Position numbers and translations under genes: made by a program. A DNA stretch of 36,592 nt from a virus (lineage: Duplodnaviria > Heunggongvirae > Uroviricota > Caudoviricetes): IMG/VR virus record IMGVR_UViG_2703718832_000006. One strand, given 5' to 3'. The notes beneath the pieces were generated by a model. That model saw only the letters and a program-made list of their open reading frames with translations, did no database searches and was not told the DNA's origin. Within the stretch, counting starts at the first letter, position 1; every line of letters starts with the position of its first letter. This document shows positions 10,145 through 18,885 of this stretch, in pieces.

Positions 10145-10717
10145 TCAGGGGGATTCATTACTCTTATTTGCCGGAAATTTTCTATAAATTGTGGAAACAC
10201 CCACATCAAAAATCAGTGCAATACGCTGTCTTGATTCTCCGGCCTCGAGTAAGCGTCCAATCTGTGCCCACTGTTCGGTGGTCAACTTAGGACGGCGTCC
10301 ACCTACTCTGCCTTTATCACGAGCTGCAGCCAGCCCCGCCCTGGTACGTTCAACTATCAGTTCGCGTTCCATTTCAGCTAGGGCACCCATGACATGAAAA
10401 AAGAAACGGCCCATTGGGGTACTGGTATCAATACTGTCAGTCAGGCTTCTGAAATTCACACCACGCTGGCGCAACTCTTCTATCAGCGTAACAAGATGCC
10501 GCATACTGCGCCCCAACCTGTCCAGCTTCCAGACAACCAGCGTGTCTCCTGCCGATAGTGTCCTGAGTAGTTTTTTCAGCCCCGGTCTGTCGGACTTAGT
10601 GCCACTGATTTTGTCCTCAAAAATCCGCTCACATCCCGCGCAGTTCAGTGCATTACGTTGCAAATCGGTGTTCTGGTCATTTGTTGACACGCGTACATAG
10701 CCAATAAGCATGATCAT
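10145..10717 (-). CDS. site-specific DNA invertase, Hin/Gin/Cin/Pin serine recombinase family
   Basis: 190-aa ORF starting MIMLIGYVRVSTNDQNTDLQ (catalytic-serine region of small serine invertases) with a C-terminal HTH; inverted crossover sites flank the adjacent tail-fibre segment. Confidence 0.9.
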   Translation of the reverse strand: MIMLIGYVRVSTNDQNTDLQRNALNCAGCERIFEDKISGTKSDRPGLKKLLRTLSAGDTLVVWKLDRLGRSMRHLVTLIEELRQRGVNFRSLTDSIDTSTPMGRFFFHVMGALAEMERELIVERTRAGLAAARDKGRVGGRRPKLTTEQWAQIGRLLEAGESRQRIALIFDVGVSTIYRKFPANKSNESP

Positions 10718-10738
10718 CCCCCTGAATAAAAACCGGAG

Positions 10739-11137
10739 ATGATGCCAGTTAGCTGTTACCTCTGCATTTTCTTAAACGTTGGTTTGGGAGAAGCGGCGAA
10801 AAGGGATGTGGGCACAGGAGATAATCAGATACCGGATATGGGAGCATTCGCTTCTGGTTCGGGATGGTTCAGGCTACCAGGTGGATATATTGTTCAGTTT
10901 GGCACTTTTTCAGGAAACACGACCCGCTTTATCAGTGGACACTTCCCTATACCATTCCCTAATCAGCCGATGGTTTCAGTCAGTGTTATGTCTGATGCCG
11001 TTCAGTCAGACCCGTCGATTCCTGCCCCGCAGGTTTTGTCTGTAAATTTTGAACGTATCAGTAATTCAGCGTGGCGTGTGGCAACCAGTGATATCTCACA
11101 GCAATACAGATTCAGTTATATTTCGATAGGACGGTAG
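10739..11137 (+). CDS. alternate tail-fibre C-terminal coding segment (silent in this orientation)
   Basis: Frame open across the crossover site, where it encodes ...GLGE... exactly as H does at its own site; an inversion would fuse it in frame to the constant part of H. Confidence 0.6.
   Translation: MMPVSCYLCIFLNVGLGEAAKRDVGTGDNQIPDMGAFASGSGWFRLPGGYIVQFGTFSGNTTRFISGHFPIPFPNQPMVSVSVMSDAVQSDPSIPAPQVLSVNFERISNSAWRVATSDISQQYRFSYISIGR
10767..10792. repeat. inversion crossover site (hix/gix-like 12-2-12 site), invertase-proximal copy
   Basis: ttttcttaaacg tt ggtttgggagaa; the right half-site is identical to the half-site in H at 12646-12657 in inverted orientation. Confidence 0.6.
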
Positions 11138-11139
11138 AA

Positions 11140-11580
11140 ATGCAGAAATATATTTTCAGTGCCGATAAAAATGCGTTTTTCCCTGTGGAGCTTAAAATCG
11201 CTTATCAGGAATCCGGCGAATGGCCCGATGATGGAATCGAAATTGACGACACTGTTGCTGCCGAATTTATGAAGGAAGCACCAGAAGGAAAATACAGAGG
11301 TGTCATCGACGGAATGCCTGCATGGATTGATATTCCACCGCCAACTCATGAGGAACAAATTGCCGCAGCCGAACTGAAAAAGCAGCAATTGATTAATCAG
11401 GTCAACGAATACATAAACAGTAAGCAATGGCCTGGTAAAGCGGCGATTGGTCGCCTGAAAGGTGAGGAACTGGTGCAATATAATTTGTGGCTGGATTATC
11501 TGGACGCACTGGAACTGGTCGATACTTCCGGTGCGCCAGATATTGAATGGCCTACGCCTCCGGCAGTTCAGGCCAGATGA
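11140..11580 (+). CDS. tail fibre assembly chaperone (alternate, partner of the silent fibre segment)
   Basis: 146-aa ORF directly after the alternate fibre segment; its C-terminus (DTSGAPDIEWP) parallels that of the G-like protein on the opposite strand (DTSTAPDVIWP). Confidence 0.65.
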   Translation: MQKYIFSADKNAFFPVELKIAYQESGEWPDDGIEIDDTVAAEFMKEAPEGKYRGVIDGMPAWIDIPPPTHEEQIAAAELKKQQLINQVNEYINSKQWPGKAAIGRLKGEELVQYNLWLDYLDALELVDTSGAPDIEWPTPPAVQAR

Positions 11581-12154
11581 CATCAGGCGCGGTGCTGGTA
11601 TCTGTTGCCGTCACCGCGTCAATATAATCCAGCACAGCGTTAAGTCGGGTTGTTTCTGCCTGCGTCAGCTTCCGTCCGGCCTGTAATTTCAGTTGAATCA
11701 GACTGATGGAAGACATTGCTGCATCAATCAGTGACTGGCGCTGTGCTTCTGCCGCTTCTACTGCGGCGCTATGCTGTGCCTCAGTATCCGTCACCCATTT
11801 CTCACCATCCCATTTATCATATGGCGTTAACGGGGCGATAGTGGTTGTATTTTCAGGGTAATCACCCAGAGATGTGATTTCTTTCGATTCTCCTGTTTCG
11901 GTGCTATAGATGATTTCACCGCGATGGTCTGGCACATATTCCCATGAGTTAAAATCTGCAGAGCGGCAGATTGCATAACCGGCTTTATGTGTACCTGGTG
12001 CATCTAAGCATGAATACGCCGGAATACCGACACCCACAGCAAGGTATTCGGTTGATGTGGAAAGATATTCCTTCGTCTCAGCATCAAAATTATAAACGGT
12101 AATGTTTCCTGCCTTTGTAGTAATGAGTTCGCTATTTAATACGGCTTTATTCAT
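11552..12154 (-). CDS. tail fibre assembly protein G
   Basis: 200-aa ORF whose start overlaps the H stop by 1 nt; P2 gpG position. Confidence 0.8.
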   Translation of the reverse strand: MNKAVLNSELITTKAGNITVYNFDAETKEYLSTSTEYLAVGVGIPAYSCLDAPGTHKAGYAICRSADFNSWEYVPDHRGEIIYSTETGESKEITSLGDYPENTTTIAPLTPYDKWDGEKWVTDTEAQHSAAVEAAEAQRQSLIDAAMSSISLIQLKLQAGRKLTQAETTRLNAVLDYIDAVTATDTSTAPDVIWPELPEA

Positions 12155-13707
12155 CAGGCTGCCCTCACGATATAGTTAAATGCGACGTTGCGCGGGTAAC
12201 CTTCTTGGTTTCCAAAGGTGGGGCTCTGCGTAGTCACAGAAGTAGCAGAGTTGTTGTTTGTCCCGCCGCTGCCGCCAAGTGATCGGATAACGCCGCCGTC
12301 GCCTGCTGTCGCTGCTGGCCCTAACTCCCTACCGTTCTGCGATGGTACAGTTGTACTAGTTGGGATGCTGCCGCTAGCCGATGTCCAAATTTCCAAGCCG
12401 TGGACGTGCGATCCTGGAGACCATCCCTGGCTAGACCCTATCGAACGCCCTGGATCAACCCCTCGCCCATCATCCCATCCACGAATAAATTCACCGCGCA
12501 GGTCTGGCAGCAAAAGACCGGGGTAAGCGAGAGCAAGCTTCGGATATTGGGAGGCGATAAATGGCGCACCGTTGCATTTCAACCAGCCTGTTGGCGGAGT
12601 TGCTAAAGGCCACGGAACAGGGACACCAACAGGTAATGCAGAGCCTTCTCCCAAACCAAGGTATGCGAGAAGACCAGCAACATCCTTTCCACTCAAATTA
12701 GTCAGCGTATTGTCCAGCGGTTGTTTACCTGCCAGTGCATTAAGCATTGTCGTGGCAAAGTTCGGGTCATTCCCCAGCGCCGCCGCCAGTTCGTTCAGTG
12801 TATCCAGTGCCGCAGGTGCAGAACCCACCATTGCCGCAATCGCCGATTTCACAAAAGCCGTGGTGGCAATCTGTGTATTGTTGACCGACTGCGCCGCCGT
12901 GGGGGCTGTTGGCGTTCCGGTGAGTGCCGGACTCGACAGCGGCGCTTTCAGTGCCAGCGCATTGTTAATGGTGGTACTGAATTTCGGATCATTGTTAATG
13001 GCTACGGCTATTTCTTTCAGCGTGTCCAGCGTGGCTGGCGCACCATTAATAAGAGCCGTCAGTGCCTCCTGAACAAACGCGGTGGTCGCAACCTGCGTGG
13101 TGTTATTCCCCGCCGCTGGCGTTGGCGCTTTGGGTGTCCCGGTAAACGTAGGACTTTCTTTCTGTGCATACTGTGAATGCGGGTCCGGTGCGGCAAGATG
13201 TTTTGCCATCTGATCATCCGCGTACACCTTCAGCTCCAGTACCTTATCATCCACATACTTGCGGGTTGCCAGCACTACGGCAGGGTCGATTTTCAGGGTG
13301 ATATTGTCCGTGCTGCTGGTAATCAACACCATACGCACGGTCTGGGTACGCCCGCTGCCTTCAGCCAGTTGCGGCTTATAGCTTTCCGGGCAGTTGCCCA
13401 CGGCAATCAATGCCCCGGACTCATCAAACAGGCCCACTTCACGTATCCACCAACCGCCCTCGTTTTCAGGGATCACCTGTTCAGCAATAATCTGGCTGCT
13501 GTTCTGCGGGTCGATATAGAGCATATTCAGCGCAGCCCGGCGTTTCTCATTTACCAGTGCCGTCTGCTTTGCGTCCGGCGTTGGCAATACTCCGCCGCCA
13601 TCGCCCACCGCCATATGGGTAATTTTTAGCGGCACACCGAGCGCGGCGGCGCTGGCAAGTTTCGCCGCGCCAATATCCGTCAGCAGGGTATAAAATTTTG
13701 TGCTCAT
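12154..13707 (-). CDS. tail fibre protein H (currently expressed variant)
   Basis: 517-aa ORF; N-terminal MSTKFYTLLTDIGAAKLASAA... resembles the P2 gpH N-terminus; the C-terminal roughly 165 aa lie inside the invertible segment. Confidence 0.9.
   Translation of the reverse strand: MSTKFYTLLTDIGAAKLASAAALGVPLKITHMAVGDGGGVLPTPDAKQTALVNEKRRAALNMLYIDPQNSSQIIAEQVIPENEGGWWIREVGLFDESGALIAVGNCPESYKPQLAEGSGRTQTVRMVLITSSTDNITLKIDPAVVLATRKYVDDKVLELKVYADDQMAKHLAAPDPHSQYAQKESPTFTGTPKAPTPAAGNNTTQVATTAFVQEALTALINGAPATLDTLKEIAVAINNDPKFSTTINNALALKAPLSSPALTGTPTAPTAAQSVNNTQIATTAFVKSAIAAMVGSAPAALDTLNELAAALGNDPNFATTMLNALAGKQPLDNTLTNLSGKDVAGLLAYLGLGEGSALPVGVPVPWPLATPPTGWLKCNGAPFIASQYPKLALAYPGLLLPDLRGEFIRGWDDGRGVDPGRSIGSSQGWSPGSHVHGLEIWTSASGSIPTSTTVPSQNGRELGPAATAGDGGVIRSLGGSGGTNNNSATSVTTQSPTFGNQEGYPRNVAFNYIVRAA
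12646..12671. repeat. inversion crossover site (hix/gix-like 12-2-12 site) inside H
   Basis: ttctcccaaacc aa ggtatgcgagaa; lies in H codons 347-354 (LAYLGLGE). Confidence 0.6.
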
Positions 13708-14309
13708 GGATTCACTCTCATTGTGTCAATAACATGGACCGCCCCGCCTTCATGCGCGGTGCCACCGGAAATAATCGTTTCGTTGATATACGGATAGATC
13801 GTGATTTCTTCGCCAAGATAGCTGGCGGCTCCCACCCAATACGGGCCGCTGGTCTGCAGATTGATGGACATGCCGATCATGTGGCGGCTACATGGTTTGG
13901 CATCGCTTATCAGTCGCTCAAGTTCCAGATAGGTATCTTCAGTGATGCCCTGGTCCTGCACGCCGATATCCAGGCGAAACGTGCCCGGTGCCTCTCCGGT
14001 TTGCCACCACTCAATAATGCGGATCAGAAAGCCGAACGGCTCCACCACCCGCCGCACGGCACTGGTGGTCCCTTTATGCTGATGAATATAAAAAGCATCC
14101 TTCACCACCTGGCGCTTGACGCTTTCTGTCCAGCCTTCGTCCCAGCGATCCACAGAGAACGCCCAGGCGAGATAAGGCAGGAAGCTGACCGGGCAGGTAG
14201 CCGGATTCCACAAGTCACGCAGCGGCACCTGCAGATCAGAAATCCCGCTGCACGTTTGCGCCAGTCGGCGCTCCAGTGAAGTTGACCCCGATGGCAGCAG
14301 ACTATTCAT
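13704..14309 (-). CDS. baseplate/tail protein I
   Basis: 201-aa ORF between J and H, P2 gpI position. Confidence 0.8.
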   Translation of the reverse strand: MNSLLPSGSTSLERRLAQTCSGISDLQVPLRDLWNPATCPVSFLPYLAWAFSVDRWDEGWTESVKRQVVKDAFYIHQHKGTTSAVRRVVEPFGFLIRIIEWWQTGEAPGTFRLDIGVQDQGITEDTYLELERLISDAKPCSRHMIGMSINLQTSGPYWVGAASYLGEEITIYPYINETIISGGTAHEGGAVHVIDTMRVNP

Positions 14310-15210
14310 CCGTTCCCCCGTTGGTCACGCTCCACTCCGTACATGATGCCGCCTGCGTTTTGTTCAAAACCACATCCGCCAGCGGCGAAGCCAGCTCCAC
14401 ACGCTGTACACCCTCAACATGCAGGGCGGCAAAGATGGCGCTACGGCGAATATCCCTACCAAGCCGCGTCTGACTGGCGATGTATTTCTGCAGGCTGGCT
14501 TTTGCCGCTGCCATTACCGGCTCTGCTTCCGGCCCCGGATAGAGAAAAATGGTGGCTTCCACGCGATACGGGATGATTTCTGCGCTGCGAACCGTCAGAC
14601 GGTCAGCCACCGGGCGAACGTTCTCACTGTTCAGAGCTTTTTCCACCACGTCCAGCAGGTCTTTTTCTGCTGTTCCGTCGCCTTCACGGCTTAGGACCGT
14701 AAGCACCACCTCTGCAGGTGCCGGGCTGGTTGCACTGGCATCCGCCACCCGACCGTCGGCGCTTCGGGCATGAAATTCATAAGCTGCGGTTGGCCCCGCA
14801 ACCGAAAGCCCTTCAAAAGCCGCAGGCACACGCAGGCGTAACGCTTCATCGCTTTCCATCACAGCCGCAACGGGTGGCACAGCGTCATTATCAGCAGGCG
14901 TCACCGTCAGGCGTTTCACGTTGTAGTTGGCAGCGAGCTGGTCAAGATCGCCGCCCATCGCGTAAGCCACCATCACAGCATGCGCGGCTTCGTTAATGCG
15001 CTGGCGCAGAAGCAACTCACGGTAAGCGTTCTCCTGAAGCAATTTGGTGACGGGTTCAGATTCCAGTTCCAGCGTGCGGATCACTGCTTCCTGCTCATCT
15101 TTCGGATGAAGCGCAACAAATTCGGCCTTGCGTTCGGCAAGCAGCGTCTCAAAGTCCGGCACATCCACAATCTGCGGCGCAGGCAACTGCGAAAGGTCAA
15201 TCACTGCCAT
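14302..15210 (-). CDS. baseplate assembly protein J
   Basis: Start placed at internal Met 14 (MAVIDLSQLPAP...), which resembles the P2 gpJ N-terminus; about 302 aa. Confidence 0.85.
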   Translation of the reverse strand: MAVIDLSQLPAPQIVDVPDFETLLAERKAEFVALHPKDEQEAVIRTLELESEPVTKLLQENAYRELLLRQRINEAAHAVMVAYAMGGDLDQLAANYNVKRLTVTPADNDAVPPVAAVMESDEALRLRVPAAFEGLSVAGPTAAYEFHARSADGRVADASATSPAPAEVVLTVLSREGDGTAEKDLLDVVEKALNSENVRPVADRLTVRSAEIIPYRVEATIFLYPGPEAEPVMAAAKASLQKYIASQTRLGRDIRRSAIFAALHVEGVQRVELASPLADVVLNKTQAASCTEWSVTNGGTDE

Positions 15211-15556
15211 TCTCTGCTCCTGTTGATACGGAAAGGGAAACAGGCACACCGTTATTACGCCGCCCGGTCAGCTCCACCACCATTGAACCGTCAAAATTGC
15301 TGTTAATGGTGATGGAATCCAGCGTCAGCCGTGGCTCCCAGCGACTCAGCGCCACATACACTGCCGACATGACCTGCAGGCGTAATGCCGGATTTTGTGG
15401 CTGGTCTATCAGTGCCGACAGCAGGGAACCATATTCCCGACGGGCAATGCGGCTACCCTGCGGCGTCAGCAAAATGTCCCGCACCGACTGGCGCAGATGG
15501 TCAATATCAGTAATGGCTTTACCGCTGGTATTGTTCATCCCGCTATAAAGCGTCAT
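15197..15556 (-). CDS. baseplate wedge protein W
   Basis: 119-aa ORF between V and J, P2 gpW position and size. Confidence 0.85.
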   Translation of the reverse strand: MTLYSGMNNTSGKAITDIDHLRQSVRDILLTPQGSRIARREYGSLLSALIDQPQNPALRLQVMSAVYVALSRWEPRLTLDSITINSNFDGSMVVELTGRRNNGVPVSLSVSTGAENGSD

Positions 15557-16131
15557 ACCGGGCCTCCGGTTGTATCGCCGCCTTTCAGGACGCCAGTATG
15601 CTGATGTGCATCAACCACGATCCCGTTAGAACTCATCGCTCCGCCGCCCTGAGTAACGCCACCATTGACCACCACTTCGCTGTTAATACGCGTGCACTCA
15701 GCCTCCAGCACAAACTCACTGGTTTTCAGGGTGATGTTATCGGCAGCCTCAATGACCATGGATTTGATGCCCCTGACATACCAGCGCCCGGTGGCAGGTT
15801 CGTATTCAAACCAGCCACCGTCAGGATGTTCTGTCACGCAGGCGTCCGCCGACGTCGACGGTGGTGCGAACTGATTCGAATAGATGGCGGGCAGCGCAAA
15901 AGCTGTTTCCAGATTACCGCCCATACTCAGCAGCACCACCTGCTCACCTTCCGATGGTCGCCACCATGTCCGGGCATTCCCGGCACGCAGCGTCAGCCAG
16001 CTGATCCAGTTGGTTTCAAGGTCGCCCGTTTTCACCCGGCAAAGCCAGTTTGTCCTGTCCACTTCGGTGACTACCCCAGTGCGGATCAGGTTGGTGATAA
16101 GGCGCATGATTTCGGTTAATTGTGCGTTCAT
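15553..16131 (-). CDS. baseplate spike/assembly protein V
   Basis: 192-aa ORF; ...NLIRTG... N-terminal region and Gly-rich C-terminus resemble P2 gpV. Confidence 0.85.
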   Translation of the reverse strand: MNAQLTEIMRLITNLIRTGVVTEVDRTNWLCRVKTGDLETNWISWLTLRAGNARTWWRPSEGEQVVLLSMGGNLETAFALPAIYSNQFAPPSTSADACVTEHPDGGWFEYEPATGRWYVRGIKSMVIEAADNITLKTSEFVLEAECTRINSEVVVNGGVTQGGGAMSSNGIVVDAHQHTGVLKGGDTTGGPV

Positions 16132-16177
16132 AGGGAAAGGTTGCCATCAGGGGAAGAAAGGCGGCAGTGCTGCAACT

Positions 16178-16195
16178 TGTATCAGTGCTGATACA
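16178..16195 (-). promoter_or_regulatory. TGT-N12-ACA dyad upstream of V (possible Ogr site)
   Basis: Exact TGT-N12-ACA centred about 55 bp upstream of the V start codon; spacing differs from the O and FI sites, so the function is less certain. Confidence 0.3.
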
Positions 16196-16199
16196 AAAA

Positions 16200-16646
16200 T
16201 CACCCCGCCAGCCATTGCAGAATCATGTCGCGGGTCATTGCCTCAACATCATCATTTACACCCAGAAGGCGACGCTCTGCGTAACGGACCTCCGGTCCTT
16301 TGCGGCTGACGCGATCACGTAAGCCGTAGTGATGAACACGGGCAATGCGCTGTACCTTGCCTTCAAACTGCACGCTGGCAGAGTCGGCGCTGGCGGAAGT
16401 TTTCAGGTATTTTGTGGTGCGCAGCTTTGCAAACATCTGACGTTTGATACGGCCTTTTTTACTGCGTGCTGTTACCCGTCGCGGTTCATAACTGCTGCCA
16501 TCTGGATTGCGCTGCATTCTGATATTTTGCTGCTGTGTCCGGCGTAGTTCCTGCGCCAGCTGGCGCATCATGCGGCTTCTTGCGGCTGGCTCCAGATTCG
16601 CCAGCAAGGCACTCAGCCAGTCGTCCACTTTCTGCAGTTCAGCCAC
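16200..16646 (-). CDS. tail completion protein S
   Basis: 148-aa ORF downstream of R, P2 gpS position. Confidence 0.82.
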   Translation of the reverse strand: MAELQKVDDWLSALLANLEPAARSRMMRQLAQELRRTQQQNIRMQRNPDGSSYEPRRVTARSKKGRIKRQMFAKLRTTKYLKTSASADSASVQFEGKVQRIARVHHYGLRDRVSRKGPEVRYAERRLLGVNDDVEAMTRDMILQWLAG

Positions 16647-17091
16647 GTTTCACCGTCCACATTTCTTCAGGTTCATCGGGTTCCGTTATCGCTTCAACGC
16701 TCGACACACTTCCGTCAGTGCTGACCAGCACACGCTCCGTCAGCTGCAGGTTCAGGCTGATATCACAGACATCGTTGCGCAGAATATCCACCTCAAAGGT
16801 GAATAGCTTTTCCCGTAACGTCGGGTTATTGATGGCATCAGACTGGTTATCCCGCAGCCACAGCAAAACCGGGGCCATCAGCAGATTCTGGTCGCCGCTG
16901 AAATCTTCAATTACCACGTTCAGGGTGTAGCGGTACTCCCATGACATGGAGCTGGCCCCAGTGGCAACCAGCGAACCGTTATCCACAAACAGATGCAGTT
17001 TGTCCGGGTTATTACGGACATAAGGCACTGCTTTATTGAGGGCGTGGCGCAGGGATTGTGGTTTGTTCACTGTTTCGCTCCTGACACGCAA
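16639..17091 (-). CDS. tail completion protein R
   Basis: 150-aa ORF, P2 gpR position; the true start may be slightly downstream (a GTG at the VNKPQSLR... residue). Confidence 0.78.
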   Translation of the reverse strand: MRVRSETVNKPQSLRHALNKAVPYVRNNPDKLHLFVDNGSLVATGASSMSWEYRYTLNVVIEDFSGDQNLLMAPVLLWLRDNQSDAINNPTLREKLFTFEVDILRNDVCDISLNLQLTERVLVSTDGSVSSVEAITEPDEPEEMWTVKRG

Positions 17092-17323
17092 TAATCATGT
17101 CCACTTTGTCTGCACAGACCGCCCAGGCGGCCTCCGTTTCATCCAGCAATGCGTTCAGATCACCGTTATTGTGTGGCGCTGCCTGATCCAGCTGACACGG
17201 CGTCACTCGCGGACAACCACTGACGGTAAGCTGCACCTCCGGTGAGTGCCGGACGTTCCCGCAGCCGGATAATGTCAGCAGGCAAAGGAGTATCAGCCCA
17301 GCGGCGTAAATCCTCGTTCTCAC
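17033..17323 (-). CDS. outer-membrane spanin lipoprotein (LysC/Rz1-like)
   Basis: 96-aa ORF with a signal peptide and lipobox (LTLSGC), overlapping the 3' part of the i-spanin gene out of frame, the classic overlapped spanin arrangement. Confidence 0.6.
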   Translation of the reverse strand: MRTRIYAAGLILLCLLTLSGCGNVRHSPEVQLTVSGCPRVTPCQLDQAAPHNNGDLNALLDETEAAWAVCADKVDMIIACQERNSEQTTIPAPRPQ

Positions 17324-17594
17324 GTTTCAGTTCCTCAATCCGGCGTTGTCGTTGTCTCAGCAGTGCACTGGTCTGTTCTGCTTCGGCATAGAGCCGCGCC
17401 TGCTCCCGGTTGTTAGTTTCAGTCAGAATGGACAGGCTGATAAGCTGGTTGTTGCTCTTTGCCAGCGCCTGGCTTTTGCTCTGCAGCTCGTCTGCCTGCG
17501 TGCTGATGGTCTGGCTGGCATCAGCCAGCCGCCACGTCTGCCAGCCCAGCGACGCCAGTAATAACGCCAGCACAACCAGCAGCAACCGGTTCAT
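17166..17594 (-). CDS. inner-membrane spanin (LysB/Rz-like)
   Basis: 142-aa ORF with an N-terminal transmembrane helix followed by charged coiled-coil-like sequence. Confidence 0.7.
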   Translation of the reverse strand: MNRLLLVVLALLLASLGWQTWRLADASQTISTQADELQSKSQALAKSNNQLISLSILTETNNREQARLYAEAEQTSALLRQRQRRIEELKRENEDLRRWADTPLPADIIRLRERPALTGGAAYRQWLSASDAVSAGSGSATQ

Positions 17595-17968
17595 GCTGCT
17601 ACCTGTTGCGCCATCTGGTTACGGGTGATCCAGAAGACAATAACGGTCAGCAGATAAAAGACCAGGGTAATAGCCCACCCCGTCCAGGCGAGACTTACGA
17701 CAATCAGCAATCGCATAACCCAGCTGATAAATACGTTTTCTTTTCGGGTAATGCTCTTCAGCAAAGATGCCCTCAACTCCTGCCAGAGCGGGCCATTCTG
17801 AATTAACGCAGCCAGTGCTACCGGAATTACCGCCCATGTCAGCAAACAGGCTACCCAAACGCCGGACGCTGCCAGTACCGGAAAGATCCCCTGCGGATAC
17901 ACCATTGCTGCGATTAACAGCGCCATCCATAACATCAGAAACAGTCCGCTGATTAATTTCTTTTTCAT
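17591..17968 (-). CDS. LysA-like membrane protein (lysis timing)
   Basis: Start placed at internal Met 25 (MKKKLISGLFLMLW...), 2 nt after the endolysin stop; multi-pass hydrophobic protein. Confidence 0.6.
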   Translation of the reverse strand: MKKKLISGLFLMLWMALLIAAMVYPQGIFPVLAASGVWVACLLTWAVIPVALAALIQNGPLWQELRASLLKSITRKENVFISWVMRLLIVVSLAWTGWAITLVFYLLTVIVFWITRNQMAQQVAA

Positions 17969-17969
17969 T

Positions 17970-18482
17970 TCAGTTTGCTCCCTGTAAGCACCAGGCCATC
18001 TCCCGCGCACGGCGGTTATCCAGCCCCTGATTAAAAACACCTTTCACATAAACCCAGCGCGGCAACTGTCGGCACGCATCCGCCCAGCGCCGCTGATTGA
18101 GCAATTTCACCAGCGTGGAGCTGCAGGCATTGCCTGTCCCCACGTTGAAGGCAAATGACACCACCGCGTCATACACTTTCTGCGGTGGCTGTTGCTTCAC
18201 ACACCTTTCCAGTGACCGCTCCACACGCAGCACGTTGGAGATAAGCCCTTCTGCTGCCTGTCGTTCCGTAATGGTTTTGCCGGGAATGACGCCCGACGTA
18301 TTACCAATGCCGTCGGTCCAGACGCCCGCGCTGCACTGATACGGCTGCAGACGACAGCCTTCGTAATCGGCGATCAGTTTCAGTCCCTCCACGGAGGTGT
18401 GAAGCTGCTGAAAACCCGGCAGCGTGGCAGCAATAGCCAGCACAACCCCGACAAGGCAGCGTTTAACGATTGATGGATTCAT
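17970..18482 (-). CDS. endolysin, phage lysozyme with N-terminal signal-anchor-release (SAR) domain
   Basis: 170-aa ORF; hydrophobic Gly/Ala-rich N-terminal segment (CLVGVVLAIAATLPGF) followed by an E-x8-D-x5-T lysozyme catalytic motif (EGLKLIADYEGCRLQPYQ...T). Confidence 0.82.
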   Translation of the reverse strand: MNPSIVKRCLVGVVLAIAATLPGFQQLHTSVEGLKLIADYEGCRLQPYQCSAGVWTDGIGNTSGVIPGKTITERQAAEGLISNVLRVERSLERCVKQQPPQKVYDAVVSFAFNVGTGNACSSTLVKLLNQRRWADACRQLPRWVYVKGVFNQGLDNRRAREMAWCLQGAN

Positions 18483-18678
18483 AGTCCTCCCGCGAGATCT
18501 GCCCGTCGCGCAGAAGCTGGTAGGCTTTGTGTTTGTAGTACCAGTTGATAGCCAGCATCAGCACACCGATCATCAGGCCGCCCAGCGTTGAGGCATCCTT
18601 GATGGACAAATCGCCCAGCCAGGCTAGCACGACGGCGATGCAATACGTGATAAAGGCGCTGATTCGCTCAAGCGTCAT
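18463..18678 (-). CDS. holin (small two-transmembrane type, pinholin-like)
   Basis: 71-aa ORF with two hydrophobic helices and a charged C-terminus, immediately upstream of the endolysin. Confidence 0.7.
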   Translation of the reverse strand: MTLERISAFITYCIAVVLAWLGDLSIKDASTLGGLMIGVLMLAINWYYKHKAYQLLRDGQISREDYESINR

Positions 18679-18681
18679 AAT

Positions 18682-18885
18682 TCAGTCCCATAGCTGGACG
18701 GTCTGCACGGTGGTGGTTGTCGGAATGTCCGGCAGCTCCACCTGCAGCCCGTGAGGTAAAAAGGGGCCGTATTCGGCAAGCCCCGGATTTGCCTTCAGTA
18801 CCTGCTCCGTGACACCCTGCGTGCGCCCGTAATGACGCCAGCAAAGCGCGTCCACCGTGTCATACTGATGCGCACGCACTTTCAT
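18682..18885 (-). CDS. tail protein X
   Basis: 67-aa ORF in the P2 gpX position and of the P2 gpX size. Confidence 0.8.
   Translation of the reverse strand: MKVRAHQYDTVDALCWRHYGRTQGVTEQVLKANPGLAEYGPFLPHGLQVELPDIPTTTTVQTVQLWD

Noticed and set aside
12572-13176. Plus-strand ORFs of 166 and 151 aa inside tail-fibre gene H
   Set aside because: Antisense to H; Ala/Ser- or Arg/Cys-rich low-complexity translations; not consistent with the invertible-segment gene layout.
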